A DNA stretch of 64,000 nucleotides from Thiothrix sp. (GCA_038141665.1 JAYQIN010000002.1:121098-185097), one strand, 5' to 3'; positions 33,101 to 44,264 are shown, counted from the first letter of the stretch. Made by a program: numbers and translations. Notes: generated by a model from the sequence alone, not told the origin.

Positions 33101-34004
33101 GATTCAGAGAATTAGAGATAATGCAGAAACGGCAGAGAATGAATTTGATAGTATAGGAAGAATCGAAAACAAAGGTCTTTATATTGATAAGAAATATTCA
33201 GATTTTGATATAAAGAAAGCTTTTTCAATTAGCAAAACAAAACCAAAGGTAGCCATCTTGAGAGAGCAAGGAATAAATGGGCATTATGAGATGGCTAATG
33301 CTTTTAGTAAAAATGGTTTTGAAACATATGATGTTTCAATGAACTCATTAATTTCTATGGAAAATAATTTACAAGATTTTCAAGGTATAGTTTTTTGCGG
33401 TGGATTTTCATATGGAGATGTTCTTGGTGCAGGAAGAGGTTGGGCTAATAAGATATTACATAATAATATTCTAAAGGATAATTTTTCAGAGTATTTTGAA
33501 AACTTAGATAAGTTTTCGCTTGGAATATGCAACGGTTGTCAAACTCTTTCAAATTTAAAATCTATAATACCTGGCTCTGAGTACTGGCCATCTTTCATGC
33601 TTAATAGAAGTGAAAGATTTGAATCAAGGATTGTAATGGTTGAGATTGAAGATTCTAATTCTATATTTTTATCTGACATGAAGGGGTCAAAAATACCAAT
33701 AGTAATTTCACATGGCGAAGGTAGGGCTCAACTTTCAGAGAATGAATATAGGATGTTAAAAAATAATAATCAGATATGCATGAGTTATATATGTGAAAAA
33801 GGTAGTCATACTGAAATTTACCCCAACAACCCTAATGGCTCATATAAAGGTCTAGCTGGAGTATCATCTAGCAGTGGAAACATTACTTTAATGATGCCGC
33901 ACCCCGAAAGACAAATGGATATAAAGCAATTTCCTATCAATAGTGAAGAGCAAATATCACCATGGTCGAAATTTTTCTATAATGCTAGAATGCATTTAAA
34001 ATAA
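30162..34004 (+). CDS. purL: Phosphoribosylformylglycinamidine synthase (large type)
   Basis: [41 protein letters not shown]. Confidence 0.98.
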   Translation: MLILRENEISKTQFNHKIDSRVSEKLKISPYFSMFYMYYLDLESNFDEQEFSIAKKLLTSNKIDDDIKNLKYFLVTPRLGVESSWGSKARDIFHASGLTKLKIIEQVKLYIFNEDIDNNVLTDPVFYSEFYDKMTESIFFNIEDYNFSTSEPRELSVTDTEILPYIEKCNNVLGLALSSDEIQYLNNNYGKLKRKPTDVELMMFAQVNSEHCRHKIFNSTWFIDGEKQNQTLFKYIRSTEPEKSKYIIKAYSDNSAVISSFKTNKLLINNDNCYVCKDVDTHTVIKVETHNHPTAISPFSGAATGSGGEIRDEAATGRGSKTKAGLCGFNVSNLNIPNFIQSWEKDISLSYPDRIASSLEIMIEGPLGASSYNNEFGRPCLNGYFRTYEQKISEDSYYGYHKPIMIAGGFGTIDHNNYKKMDIEDSDLIIVLGGPSMLVGLGGGAASSKHSSKGNEELDFASVQRENAEMQRRCQEVIDKCSNSLKNIIISIHDVGAGGLSNAVPEIVNDSQKGAIIDIKNISCADKSLSPLEIWCNESQERYVLAIKKEDLHIFDDICAKENCPYSAIGHATDEKRFILRDENNLYIDLPMEMLFGEKGEQKIEVNSSNISENSFDYSDYSFEDCLLKVLSLPAVASKQFLITIGDRSVGGLTVQDQFIGPWQVPVADCAITANDFLFKSGEVMSMGEKSTIAVHNPVSSGEMAICESILNLCSSPVGNIEKIALSANWMSSFENDFDQYNLFKTAESITSNICNKLGVTIPVGKDSLSMKMSWPEGNKEINVKSPNTLIISAFASVDNLENIVKPMFVNEYDTSILFVSLADGKTRTGGSALSQVLQTNDSECPKVENINKFKKFFEITQDLIKQKEILSYHDVSDGGLIVALLESAFAGHVGIDINYNKNIIDLNNFMFNEELGVVMQVSNKLLAEIQKKYSNANIDSNVIAKINNSYKLKIYNNKNIIYDNSIENLHKVWHRTSYEIQRIRDNAETAENEFDSIGRIENKGLYIDKKYSDFDIKKAFSISKTKPKVAILREQGINGHYEMANAFSKNGFETYDVSMNSLISMENNLQDFQGIVFCGGFSYGDVLGAGRGWANKILHNNILKDNFSEYFENLDKFSLGICNGCQTLSNLKSIIPGSEYWPSFMLNRSERFESRIVMVEIEDSNSIFLSDMKGSKIPIVISHGEGRAQLSENEYRMLKNNNQICMSYICEKGSHTEIYPNNPNGSYKGLAGVSSSSGNITLMMPHPERQMDIKQFPINSEEQISPWSKFFYNARMHLK

Positions 34005-34025
34005 AAATAATATAATATCTGCAAG

Positions 34026-35037
34026 ATGAAAACTGAATCAAAAATACAAATTACATCCCCAGCAAGACTTCATCTTGGTTTTATGGATCTTAGTGGCTCT
34101 TTGGGAAGAAAATTTGGAAGTGTGGGTTTAGCTATTGATAGTATTGAAACATCTATCACAGTTGCAAAAAATTCTTTACAAAATAATATAAAATTAAATG
34201 ATAGAAACGAAAGAGCGTATAAATACGCAAGTCTCATTTTGAAAGCTTACGAAGTTGATGAGTCGATATCAATAGATGTTCATAAAAGAATACCTGAGCA
34301 TGCTGGGCTAGGTTCTGGAACACAACTTGCTCTTTCTGTTGGCGCAGCTGTATCAAAATTATTTGATTTAAATTTAAGTCTAATGGAAATAGGTAAAATA
34401 TTGGATAGAGGTAATAGGTCTGGAATTGGTATTGGTGCTTTTAAAACTGGCGGCTTTTTGATTGACGGTGGAAAAGGAAAATCTGCAGAACTTCCTCCTA
34501 TAACGGTCAGACAAGATTTCCCAGAAAATTGGAGAATTATTCTTCTTGTAAATAGTAGAGAAAAAGGAATTCACGGACAAAAAGAATACCAAGCTTTTAA
34601 AACTCTAAAACCTTTCCCTGATAATCTTTCTGAAAAAGCTTTGTCGTTTAGTAAATATGGTAATTTTACCAAGCTTAATAGAAAAAAATTTTGGTGACTT
34701 TTCACTTTCGATCGGAAAACTGCAAAAAATTGTAGGAACACATTTTTCTCCAATACAGGGAGGCGTCTATTCAAACCCTGATATATCAAACATCATGAAT
34801 TATGTTGAGAAAAAAGGTTTCATGGGTGTTGGACAAAGCTCATGGGGGCCAACAGGTTTTATTCTGACCGATAGTGATACCTCAGCACATAAACTTGTAA
34901 AAGATATAAAAAATAATTTTTTATGCAAAGATCTACAAATAGAAATTGTTCAAGGAAGAAATAAAGGCTCAATTATAGAATCACAAAATAATAACATTGC
35001 TATTGAAAATAAAAATTTAAAAACATTAAAGGAATAA
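34026..35037 (+). CDS. mptG: Beta-ribofuranosylaminobenzene 5'-phosphate (beta-RFAP) synthase; frameshift from an extra A near 34635
   Basis: PARLHLGFMDLSGSLGRKFGSVGL, PEHAGLGSGTQ, RSGIG..F..GGFLIDGG, and GQSSWGPTGF in the second ORF. Confidence 0.92.
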
Positions 35038-35040
35038 AAT

Positions 35041-35943
35041 ATGAGTAAACCATTAATTATGCACATGATAACTACCGCAAAAAATTTAAGCCCATTTGAT
35101 ATAAATATGGCTTACGATGCAGGCTGGGATAAATGTGTTCCATACACATCTATAGAAACTGATGAAGTTGAAGGCCTTGTTCAAGATGCAATTTTCTCTA
35201 GACCTCCAGGGATAAATAAAACCGGTATATTTGTTGGAGGAAGAGATCCACACAAAGCTATAGAAATGTTAAATATATGTAAAAAATCACTTGTTCCTCC
35301 ATTTACTTTATCTGGTTTTGCAGATCCAAGTGGGGCTTTTACAACTGCAGCAGGAATGATTGCAAAAGTTGAAGATGCATTGAAAAATAAATTTGATAAA
35401 AGTTTATCTGGTCAAAAAGTCGTAGTTTTTGGAGGTACCGGGCCAGTTGGCTGTATTGCAGGCATATTAGCTGCTTCTGCTGGTTCTGAAGTAATAATTA
35501 TGGGAAGAAAAAAAGAAAAATGCGAAGAATTAGCAAAGTTTTGTAATGAAAATTACCTAGATTCTTCAGCAAATATAACTGGTGCAGCTAATGAAGAATT
35601 TGACTCTCAAATTTCAGAAGTTGATGTTGTTCTAGCAAGTGGCGCTGCTGGAATACAGCTTGTATCGGAGGACCAGCTTAAAATTGCATCAAATTTAAAA
35701 GTTGCAGCGGATGTAAATGCTGTTCCTCCGTCAGGAGTAGCTGGTTTAGATGCTATGCAAGATTGCAAGGAACTCACTGCTTCTTCATCTGGAGCAATTG
35801 GAATTGGAGCGCTTGCTATAGGACAAGTTAAGTATCAAGCACAAAGTAAACTTTTAAAGAAAATGGCAAACAGTGAAAAACCTGTATTTTTAGACTTTCA
35901 TGATGCTTTAGAATTAGCAAGAGAGTATGTTTCATCAAAATAA
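35041..35943 (+). CDS. mtdB: NAD(P)-dependent methylene-H4MPT dehydrogenase
   Basis: HMIT..KNLSPFDINMAYDAG, QDAIFSR, VPPF..FADPSGAFTTAA, GGTGPVG, DVNAVPP. Confidence 0.93.
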   Translation: MSKPLIMHMITTAKNLSPFDINMAYDAGWDKCVPYTSIETDEVEGLVQDAIFSRPPGINKTGIFVGGRDPHKAIEMLNICKKSLVPPFTLSGFADPSGAFTTAAGMIAKVEDALKNKFDKSLSGQKVVVFGGTGPVGCIAGILAASAGSEVIIMGRKKEKCEELAKFCNENYLDSSANITGAANEEFDSQISEVDVVLASGAAGIQLVSEDQLKIASNLKVAADVNAVPPSGVAGLDAMQDCKELTASSSGAIGIGALAIGQVKYQAQSKLLKKMANSEKPVFLDFHDALELAREYVSSK

Positions 35944-37045
35944 TATTGTATTAATAGGAAATTCACTAGTTGAACAAAGCAAATCATTAAACAGTTTAAA
36001 AAAAAGAATTATAAACATTGATTCTTTCAATGACTCAGATCTAGAAGGTGAAAATTATTTGAACCCAGATCCACTAGGGTTTGTAAACGATGAAGTTATT
36101 TTAATAATAAAAAAATTAAATCTAAAAAAAGATGATACTTTAATTATTGTATCCTCAGATTATGATAATAATAAAAATTATTTTAGTTTATTGCAGCAAT
36201 ATGGAAAAATTATAGGTAATGATTATAACACCATATTAAAACTTAAAGATCACGAAAATTTATCAAAGAAACTAAAAAAGCATAAGATTAAATATCCGAA
36301 AAGATTTTTCTTAAAAGAAAATTTTAAAAAGACAATATTAATTAAAAATTCATTCCTATCAGGTGGACTTGGGATTAAGGAATATAAAAATAATATAGAT
36401 ATTAACAAAAACGAAGAATATTTCGAAGAATATATTGAAGGTCAGGCTTATTCAGTTTTATTTATATCCAATAAAAATAAAAAATTTAAGATTATTGGTA
36501 TTAATAAAATTTTTAATAAAAAAACGACGCATAGTGATTTTTGTTTTTCCGGCGCATGTTCAAATGTTGCTTTAGATAATAGTAAATTAGATTATTTAAA
36601 TTACATAATTAATTTTTTTGTAAATGAATATAATTTAGTTGGAATTAACGGGATTGATTTTATTTTGTCTAATGATATATATTTTTTAGAGATTAATCCA
36701 AGAATAACCCAAACATGTTTTTTGTATAACGACAATTTATCTAATGGTTATATATTGTCTCATATAAATTCTATTTTATATAATGACTTACCTGTTAAAA
36801 AAGGAAACTCAAAAAAAGTAAGTTTTTTTGAAAATTTATTTTCTAATATCTCCTTTAATATGAATATTGATTTAAGTGAATTTAGTTTTGTTTCAAATAT
36901 ACCTAAAACAAATACTTCTATTGCTGTTGGTGATCCAATATGTACAATAAATTCTTGCTCAAGTGATGAAAAAAAAGCAAAAAATTTATTGCTAAATAAT
37001 ATATCATTGGTAAAAAAACAATTAAAAAATATAGAGATAATTTAA
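35927..37045 (+). CDS. ATP-grasp protein OrfY of the H4MPT cluster
   Basis: IDSFNDSDL, SGGLGI, EEYIEG..SVLF, LVGINGIDF, LEINPR, GDPICT; lies between mtdB and mch. Confidence 0.82.
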   Translation: MFHQNNIVLIGNSLVEQSKSLNSLKKRIINIDSFNDSDLEGENYLNPDPLGFVNDEVILIIKKLNLKKDDTLIIVSSDYDNNKNYFSLLQQYGKIIGNDYNTILKLKDHENLSKKLKKHKIKYPKRFFLKENFKKTILIKNSFLSGGLGIKEYKNNIDINKNEEYFEEYIEGQAYSVLFISNKNKKFKIIGINKIFNKKTTHSDFCFSGACSNVALDNSKLDYLNYIINFFVNEYNLVGINGIDFILSNDIYFLEINPRITQTCFLYNDNLSNGYILSHINSILYNDLPVKKGNSKKVSFFENLFSNISFNMNIDLSEFSFVSNIPKTNTSIAVGDPICTINSCSSDEKKAKNLLLNNISLVKKQLKNIEII

Positions 37046-37046
37046 T

Positions 37047-38006
37047 ATGATAAGTGTAAATGAAAAATCGCATGTGTTAGTTCAAGATTTAATAAAAAAT
37101 TATGAATACTATAGGGTTGGTATTAACAAAGGCCACGGTGGTTGCACCATAATAGATGCTGGAGTTAATACTTTGGGAAATATGGAGGCAGGTAGGGTAA
37201 TTAGCGAGATATGTCTTGGTGGTTTAGGAAGAGTACACATCTTAAATACCTTGCAAAATAATGAATGGCCATTAACAGTTCACGTAAATACAAATGACCC
37301 AGTAATTGCTTGTCTAGGTTCTCAATATGCTGGATGGAGTCTGTCGTCTAAGCAAGAAAACTCAAAATTTAATGCGCTTGGGTCAGGACCAGCTAGGTCT
37401 TTAGCTTTAAAAGAACCGTTATTTAACGACATAAAGTATTCTGATAAAAGTGATAAAACTTGCATAGTGATGGAAGTGGACGCATTTCCTCCAAACGATA
37501 TAATTGAAAAAATTGCTAATGATACAAAAATAGAAACAAAAAATTTAACCATCATTATTACGCCAACTTCAAGCATTGCTGGAAATATTCAAGTTGTATC
37601 TAGGGTATTAGAAGTTGCATTACATAAAGCTCACGAACTCAAATTTCCAATGACTGAAATCATTGAAGGCTTTGGTAGCTCGCCAATACCTCCGACATCA
37701 CCAGATTTTTTAACAGCTATGGGAAGAACAAATGATGCAATTATTTTTGCAGGTATAACACAGCTTTTTGTAAATACATCAGATGAAAATGCAAAAGAAC
37801 TTTGTCAAAAAATGCCTAGCTCAACTTCAAATGATTACGGAAAACCTTTTGCCGATATATTTAAAGATTATGAGTATGATTTTTTTAAAATTGACGCAAA
37901 TCTTTTTAGTCCAAGTAAAGTGATAATTTCAAATATGAGAACAGGAAATACATTTATTTCTGGACAAATTGATAATGATTTAATGAAGAAATCTTTTGGA
38001 TTATAA
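37047..38006 (+). CDS. mch: Methenyltetrahydromethanopterin cyclohydrolase
   Basis: ICLGGLG, ACLGSQYAGW, LGSGPAR, QVVSRVLEVALHK, MGRTNDAI, GKPF..IF, LFSP. Confidence 0.97.
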   Translation: MISVNEKSHVLVQDLIKNYEYYRVGINKGHGGCTIIDAGVNTLGNMEAGRVISEICLGGLGRVHILNTLQNNEWPLTVHVNTNDPVIACLGSQYAGWSLSSKQENSKFNALGSGPARSLALKEPLFNDIKYSDKSDKTCIVMEVDAFPPNDIIEKIANDTKIETKNLTIIITPTSSIAGNIQVVSRVLEVALHKAHELKFPMTEIIEGFGSSPIPPTSPDFLTAMGRTNDAIIFAGITQLFVNTSDENAKELCQKMPSSTSNDYGKPFADIFKDYEYDFFKIDANLFSPSKVIISNMRTGNTFISGQIDNDLMKKSFGL

Positions 38007-38008
38007 GA

Positions 38009-38887
38009 ATGCACCTTATATTTACGGAAGATGATGGTTGGCATACCAATCAGTTAATCAAAGCTTTCAAAGCGAATAATAAAAAAGTTGCTACAGCAAA
38101 GATAAATGAGTCATCTATAATTGTTCATAATAATCCTAAAATTATTATTGAAGGCAAAGAAGTGTTACTAGAAGAGATTGAGGGTACGTTTGTGCGAGGA
38201 ATACCTGGAGGAACTTTGGAAGAAGTTTGCTTTCACTTAGACATATTGCATTTTTTAGAGTTACACAATATAACTGTTTACAATAATACTTTATGTATTG
38301 AAAAGAGTGTTGATAAAGTGAGAACCTCATGCATATTAAACGCTAACAAAATTCCAACACCAAATACTTATATTACAAGTAATATAAAAGATCTTAAAAA
38401 GTTTAAAGATAACTTTAACGATAAACCTTGTGTCTGCAAACCTATATTTGGCTCTCAAGGAAAGGGTTTAGAAATATTAGACGATAAAAATGCACACCCG
38501 GATTATAACAGCCTTAATAATGTATATTATTTACAAGAATTTTTAGAGCATCCGGAAGGAAAATTTATAGATTGGAGATTATTTGTTATAGGCAATAAAG
38601 TTATCGCTTCAATGACAAGGCAAGGCGATACATGGATTAATAATGTAGCGCATGGAGCCAAATGTGAACCATTTGAGCCTAATGATGAAATGAAAAGCCT
38701 TGCCATTGAATCGTCCTTAGCGTTAGGAATGAATTATTCTGGAGTGGATATTATGCTGAGTAAAAATGGATATACCGTAACTGAAGTTAATAGCATTCCA
38801 GCTTGGAAAGGGCTTCAATCAGTATGTAATAATATGAATATTGCTGAAGAAATGATAAAAAACTTTTTAACAATTTGTGATAAATAA
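38009..38887 (+). CDS. RimK-family ATP-grasp ligase (Orf5, methanopterin/methanofuran glutamylation)
   Basis: GWHT, VRGIPGGTLEE, IEKSVDK, KPIFGSQGKG, DWRLFV, WINNVAHG, EVNSIPAW. Confidence 0.9.
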   Translation: MHLIFTEDDGWHTNQLIKAFKANNKKVATAKINESSIIVHNNPKIIIEGKEVLLEEIEGTFVRGIPGGTLEEVCFHLDILHFLELHNITVYNNTLCIEKSVDKVRTSCILNANKIPTPNTYITSNIKDLKKFKDNFNDKPCVCKPIFGSQGKGLEILDDKNAHPDYNSLNNVYYLQEFLEHPEGKFIDWRLFVIGNKVIASMTRQGDTWINNVAHGAKCEPFEPNDEMKSLAIESSLALGMNYSGVDIMLSKNGYTVTEVNSIPAWKGLQSVCNNMNIAEEMIKNFLTICDK

Positions 38888-39739
38888 ATGCCAAAACTAA
38901 CAGAAAATCAGGTAAAAATGGCTTTTGAATATTCATGTAAATTAGATGTGTTTTCTATAAAACCTGGCAATGTCTTTTTAGACCATCCTGCATACGGAAT
39001 GACTCATAAAGATTTCTTGCAAAGCTCTATGGCCTGTTCAGATATTATTTGTGAACATAATATGGATATCGGCAAAAAAATTCTTGAAAGTGTCAAAGCC
39101 TCGATGGATGTTGTTGGGTGTAACACCAATCTAGGCATTATTCTTCTATGTGTACCTATAGTTGAAGCCATTTATTCTGATAATAATCACAAATTTGACC
39201 AAAATAACCTTAAAAATGTAATTAATAATATTAGTTACAAGCAAACCAGGGATATCTACAAAGCTATAAATATAGCAAATGCTGGAGGTATGGGCTCAAA
39301 ACCAGAATTTGACCTAAAAGAAAGTAAATCTGGTAAATTTACTATTTTGGATGCTATGAACTATGCAAAAAAATATGACTTCATAGCAAACGAATATTCA
39401 AATTATTTTCATAATATAATCAATGTTATATCAAAAAATTGGAGAAATTACTTTAATATTATGGAAAATGCTGAGAACGCAACAACAGCAACATTTTTAA
39501 AACAAATAAGCTCTAATCCTGATTCTTTAGTAGCAAGAAAACACGGTTTAAATGCTGCAGAAGAGCTTTCTCAGAGATTTAAAGTTATTGCAGATGATTA
39601 TTGTGCCTCAAAAAACCCAAATACATTAAATAATAAGTTGTTATTAATGGACTCAGAGCTTAAGATACAAGGGTTAAATCCTGGAACAACAGCTGATGTT
39701 GTAGTGGCAAGTATCTTTCTTAACCGCTTGGGTTTATAA
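38888..39739 (+). CDS. CitG-like triphosphoribosyl-dephospho-CoA synthase family (Orf7)
   Basis: [31 protein letters not shown]. Confidence 0.9.
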   Translation: MPKLTENQVKMAFEYSCKLDVFSIKPGNVFLDHPAYGMTHKDFLQSSMACSDIICEHNMDIGKKILESVKASMDVVGCNTNLGIILLCVPIVEAIYSDNNHKFDQNNLKNVINNISYKQTRDIYKAINIANAGGMGSKPEFDLKESKSGKFTILDAMNYAKKYDFIANEYSNYFHNIINVISKNWRNYFNIMENAENATTATFLKQISSNPDSLVARKHGLNAAEELSQRFKVIADDYCASKNPNTLNNKLLLMDSELKIQGLNPGTTADVVVASIFLNRLGL

Positions 39740-39818
39740 TACAAAACTTAGCTATTCGCAGAAATTAATGGCGAAAGCTATTTTTACGTTAAATTATTAT
39801 AATAATAGGAGTTATATC

Positions 39819-40343
39819 ATGGCAATAAATAAAGTGATGGTAGGGGAATCGTTAGTTAACGACAATGACCCAACAGGAACTATGGCAGAGATTGCTCATA
39901 TCGATTTATTAATCGGTCCAAGAGGCTCAGCAGTTGAAACAGCATTTTGTAACGGTCTTTGTAATAACAAAGATGGTTTTACATCATTATTAGCAGTGGT
40001 TGGTCCAAACTTAGTTTGTAAACCAAATACAATGATGTTCAACAAAGTTACAATTAAAGGAGCTAAACAAGCTGTTCAAATGTTTGGTCCTGCTCAAAAA
40101 GCTGTAGCTATGGCTGTAGCAGACAGCGTTGAAGCTGGTGTTATTCCAAAAGGTGAAGCTGATGACTTATACATTTGTGTAGGCGTATTCATCCATTGGG
40201 AAGCAAATAGCGACGAAGCTATATACGAAAATAACTATAAAGCTACAAAAGGTGCTATCGCAGCTGCGGTAAACGGTACTCCTTCAGTAGACGAAATGTT
40301 ATCTAAAAAAGACAGCACAGATCATCCTTTCCAAGGATTCTAA
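39819..40343 (+). CDS. fae: Formaldehyde-activating enzyme
   Basis: [59 protein letters not shown]; strong RBS AGGAG. Confidence 0.97.
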   Translation: MAINKVMVGESLVNDNDPTGTMAEIAHIDLLIGPRGSAVETAFCNGLCNNKDGFTSLLAVVGPNLVCKPNTMMFNKVTIKGAKQAVQMFGPAQKAVAMAVADSVEAGVIPKGEADDLYICVGVFIHWEANSDEAIYENNYKATKGAIAAAVNGTPSVDEMLSKKDSTDHPFQGF

Positions 40344-40360
40344 AGCTATCTTGTATTATT

Positions 40361-40390
40361 TTGCGCCAACCAATTGGATGGCGCAATTTA
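40361..40390 (+). terminator. Hairpin terminator after fae
   Basis: TTGCGCCA-accaattgga-TGGCGCAA followed by TTTA. Confidence 0.7.
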
Positions 40391-40440
40391 TACTTAAACT
40401 GGAAACTTAAAATAAAATAGGCATCTATTAAACTTAACAA

Positions 40441-41584
40441 ATGTCATCAAAAGATAAGAAAATTCAAAAAGACGGATTAACAACACAAGAATATTCTTTC
40501 AAACACGCAATACCAATAGAAACAATTCTCGCAAGTGATAACAAGTCAGAAAAAGTAAGTGTAAATAAATTATCAAATAATCAGGCTAAATAAAGAGCAA
40601 CAAAATATATTAAAAGCATATCATGATTTAAAGCTTTTAATAAATGTCGATAATAATATTCATATTTATGAGGAAGTAAGAAAATTAGATTATTTATATT
40701 GGATTGAAAATAAGCTTAGCTCTTTGGGTTTTAAATTTTATGAAGAAAATAAATATTCAAATGAATCTCATAAAACGATAACAAGAAATTTTATAGCTAC
40801 AAGCAAAAAAAATATTAATTTTATAGATATCCAAAATTACGAAATAAGTGATTTTTACCTATATCTATCAATAATTCTTTTATGTAAGGGTTATATATCA
40901 AATGGGTATATATACTTAAAAGATATAAAAAATGATGTTCTAGAAATTCTAAAAAAAAATCTTAATCAACACAATATACAAATCAATAAACTAACGATAG
41001 CAGAAGACTTATGGATTGCGCGAATTAAAACAAAAGATGACTGCAAAAAACTAAAAAGTAAGCTAGATGTTCATTTGAAAAATATGCCGTGCTTATTTGA
41101 AAAATTCTATGAAGAAACACCAAAAGCAAGTATCACCAAAAAACTTGTTTTCGACTCTGCGCATTATATAACCGATCATGACGGAAAGTGTAAAAATCTT
41201 CACGGCGGAAGATATGATATAGAAATTACTGTTAAAGATAGGATAGATCCGATGACCGGATTTGTCATTGATTATTCATTAATAAAGAATATAACAAAGA
41301 ATCTTATAATTAAAAAATTTGATCACAAGACATTAAATCTTACGTGCCCAGAATTATCCTGGAGATCTAGTACAGAATTTTTATCAATTTACATATGGGA
41401 AGAATTAATTGAGTATTTGCCTAATTTAAAGAGAATTAAAATCTATGAGACAGAAACGTCTTTTTGTGAGTTCAAAGGAAATAGTCTTGATGATTATATA
41501 ATAAATGGACCGAATAAAATTTTAAAATATTTTAAAAATTTAAATAGAAGCTTAGACGAAAAAGAAAAAAATATCTTTGGGTAG
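40441..41584 (+). CDS. queD: 6-carboxytetrahydropterin synthase (QueD/PTPS) with long N-terminal LAGLIDADG-like extension; probable frameshift near 40560-40590
   Basis: C-terminal FDSAH..GKCKNLHG..GFVIDY..FDHKTLN..STE..IYETE; reading frame is open from 40565 upstream of the TTG at 40724. Confidence 0.8.
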
Positions 41585-41590
41585 TTCACT

Positions 41591-42499
41591 ATGCAGCATA
41601 AATGGCTCCAAAATAACTTTGATTATGCTAAAAATCTTATAGATGAAAATAATTTACCTAATTGTCTGATTATTTCAGGAAATAAGTCGATTGGAAAAAG
41701 AGATTTAGCTACAGAAATATCAAAATATTATTTAGATGATAAAAATAATATATCAATACACGACAATGTTAACTATAAGTTAATAAAATCAGACGATGGT
41801 TCAAAAATAATCAAAGTTGATCAAATTAGAGAGATGCTTAATAAGATCTATCTAAAGGTAGAAAAAAGAATTATCTGTATCCAAGATGCTGAAAAACTTA
41901 ATGTGAGTTCATCAAATTCTTTATTAAAAATAATTGAGGAGCCGCCACTTGGAACCAAATTTATTCTCACAACATCAAAATTATCTTCGATAATTCCAAC
42001 TATTATAAGTAGAAGCACAGTTTTAAAATGTAATAATCCCTCAAAAGAAGATATTAGTAGTTACTTTAATTACTTAGATGAAATTGATATTGATAATTAT
42101 TATGTTCTTTCAAATTTAAATAATAAAGATATTAATTCAAGTTATTATTCAGAGAGCTTTTCTTTAATTAATGATTTTTTTTATGATATCGAAGATGTGG
42201 TTTCTTCATCTGAAAATATAATAAATTTCTCTAAGAAATTTTCTGCATATAAAATTGATCATATTATTAATATGCTTCTTTTTGTCATTGTTAGCTTTCA
42301 AAAAGCAAATATTCTCAATAAAAATACTGACTTTTATAATAATAATAATATTATTATTAAAGAATATAATTCAGAGAAATTAAATTTATTTTATGATAAA
42401 TTAATAAATATTAAAAAGAATATTGATATTATTCAAAATAATGAAACTATTTTATTTTCAATTTGTATACTGTTTAAAAAACTTTCTAAAACCAGTTAG
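41591..42499 (+). CDS. holB: DNA polymerase III delta-prime subunit
   Basis: IKVDQIR, AEKLNVSSSNSLLKIIEEPP, PTIISR. Confidence 0.88.
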   Translation: MQHKWLQNNFDYAKNLIDENNLPNCLIISGNKSIGKRDLATEISKYYLDDKNNISIHDNVNYKLIKSDDGSKIIKVDQIREMLNKIYLKVEKRIICIQDAEKLNVSSSNSLLKIIEEPPLGTKFILTTSKLSSIIPTIISRSTVLKCNNPSKEDISSYFNYLDEIDIDNYYVLSNLNNKDINSSYYSESFSLINDFFYDIEDVVSSSENIINFSKKFSAYKIDHIINMLLFVIVSFQKANILNKNTDFYNNNNIIIKEYNSEKLNLFYDKLINIKKNIDIIQNNETILFSICILFKKLSKTS

Positions 42500-43462
42500 C
42501 ATCTTTACATGTGCAGTTCCGCTATTTTTTTGCGTGAATGCATATTCTTTAGAGCTATTTTATTTAGATAAAAATAATACTGTAGTTGGTTCTATAAGGA
42601 CAGTAACTGTCAAAGAAAATGACAATGTTGCCGATATGGCAAATCAATATAAAACAGGCTTTCAAGATTTATTAATAGCTAATCCTGAATCACATCATTG
42701 GAGTCCAGAGCCACATACAAATTATTTAATACCTTCAATGTATATACTTCCTCAAAAAAATTACAATGGTATTATTTTGAATCTTGCCGAATTAAGATTA
42801 TATTTTTATATGAAAAGTGAAGATTTATACGAAAACACAAAAGTATTAACTTATCCTGTTGGTATTGGAAGGCTAGATTGGAAAACTCCATTAGGCGAAA
42901 CTTTTATCAAGAGTAAAGTCAAGAATCCTTCGTGGTATCCTCCTAAATCAATCATTCTTGAGCATGAAGAAAGAGGTGAGATTTTACCAAGAGAAGTTAA
43001 GGCGGGGCCGGATAATCCTTTAGGAAATTATGCTTTGAAGCTTGATGTAGATGGTGGTTATTTATTTCATGGGACTAATAAAAAGTATGGGATTGGAATG
43101 ATGGTGTCACATGGATGCATAAGACTAAGAAATAAAGACATAGAGACTATTTTTTACAACACTGCTTTGGGTACAAAAGTAAAAATTATTAATGAGCCGA
43201 TAAAATTAGGTATTTATAATAATTATATTTATATGGAAGTGCATGCTTTTAATGATAAAGAAGTTTATTCAAATAATCAGAAAAATATTTTAACCACAAA
43301 AAATATTTATAAACCAATAACTTCTGTGATGAACTTTATTGAAAAAATCCAGAGTATAAGATAGACTGGAGCAAAGTTTTAAGGACATATGAAGAATCAA
43401 ATGGTATCCCAGCAATTATAGGTAAAAAAGAGGATATTAAGCAAAATATTGCTAAAAACTAG
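42423..43462 (+). CDS. L,D-transpeptidase (ErfK/YcfS type); start uncertain, C-terminal frameshift near 43345
   Basis: NLAELRLY, YPVGIGR, NPSWYPP, GPDNPLG, FHGTN..GIG..VSHGCIRL; shifted tail IDWSKV..NGIP. Confidence 0.9.
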
Positions 43463-43482
43463 ATAAATTAAGGACAAAAATT

Positions 43483-43785
43483 ATGACAGATATTAATTAT
43501 GAAGAAGCTATAGGACAATGGCATAGAGATAGAAATCTTATTGAAGGCAGTTCAGACAAAGATCAATACATGAAGTTAATTCAAGAAGCAGGCGAGTTAT
43601 CAGATAGCTTATGTAAAGGCAAAGATATTCGTGATGATATTGGAGATATGATGGTTGTATTAATTAATATCATGGTGAGAAATAATCTAACTATGGAAGA
43701 GTGTTTATCGGTTGCTTACGATGATATTAAGGATCGAAAAGGAAGAATGGTTGATGGCATCTTCGTGAAAGAGGGAGATAAATAG
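43483..43785 (+). CDS. MazG-like NTP pyrophosphohydrolase (short, phage-type)
   Basis: W..DRNL, Q..KL.QEAGEL, DDIGD..VVL, AYDDIKDRKG.MVDGIFVKE. Confidence 0.85.
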   Translation: MTDINYEEAIGQWHRDRNLIEGSSDKDQYMKLIQEAGELSDSLCKGKDIRDDIGDMMVVLINIMVRNNLTMEECLSVAYDDIKDRKGRMVDGIFVKEGDK

Positions 43786-44264
43786 TGCTTAGGCTAAAAA
43801 TTAAAGTATTTATAATATTTTTATTAATTTTTACCACCAAGGTGTATTCTGACGAGGATATTTCTAATTGCAAAGGAGAAAATCATAAAAATTGGAATAA
43901 CTGTGTTGGTTCAGTTGCCATTGAAGGGACAGCTTACGTCGGTCATTTTAAAAATGGCTTATATCACGGAAAAGGAACTTTCACATTTTCTGATGGCGCA
44001 ACTTATGTTGGAAATTTTGAAAATGGTAAGGAGTCTGGATTTGGAACATTTATATGTTGGGTTCATGGGGCCAAATATAGCGGAGATTTTAAAAACGGGA
44101 AGAAACATGGTAATGGTAAGTATAACTATCCTAATGGTGATGTTTATGAAGGGCAGTGGGCAAATGGAAAAAGAGAAGGGGAAGGTATATATACTTATTT
44201 TTCTGGCAAGAAAGTTGATAAGGGGTTATTTAAAAATAATAAATATATTAGTGAAAAAAAATAA
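43785..44264 (+). CDS. Secreted MORN-repeat protein
   Basis: Signal peptide plus repeated YxGxFxNGxxxGxG units. Confidence 0.9.
   Translation: MLRLKIKVFIIFLLIFTTKVYSDEDISNCKGENHKNWNNCVGSVAIEGTAYVGHFKNGLYHGKGTFTFSDGATYVGNFENGKESGFGTFICWVHGAKYSGDFKNGKKHGNGKYNYPNGDVYEGQWANGKREGEGIYTYFSGKKVDKGLFKNNKYISEKK

Noticed and set aside
40565-41120. Intein in queD
   Set aside because: No N-terminal Cys/Ser block or His-Asn C-terminal splice motif, and QueD is not split by the domain
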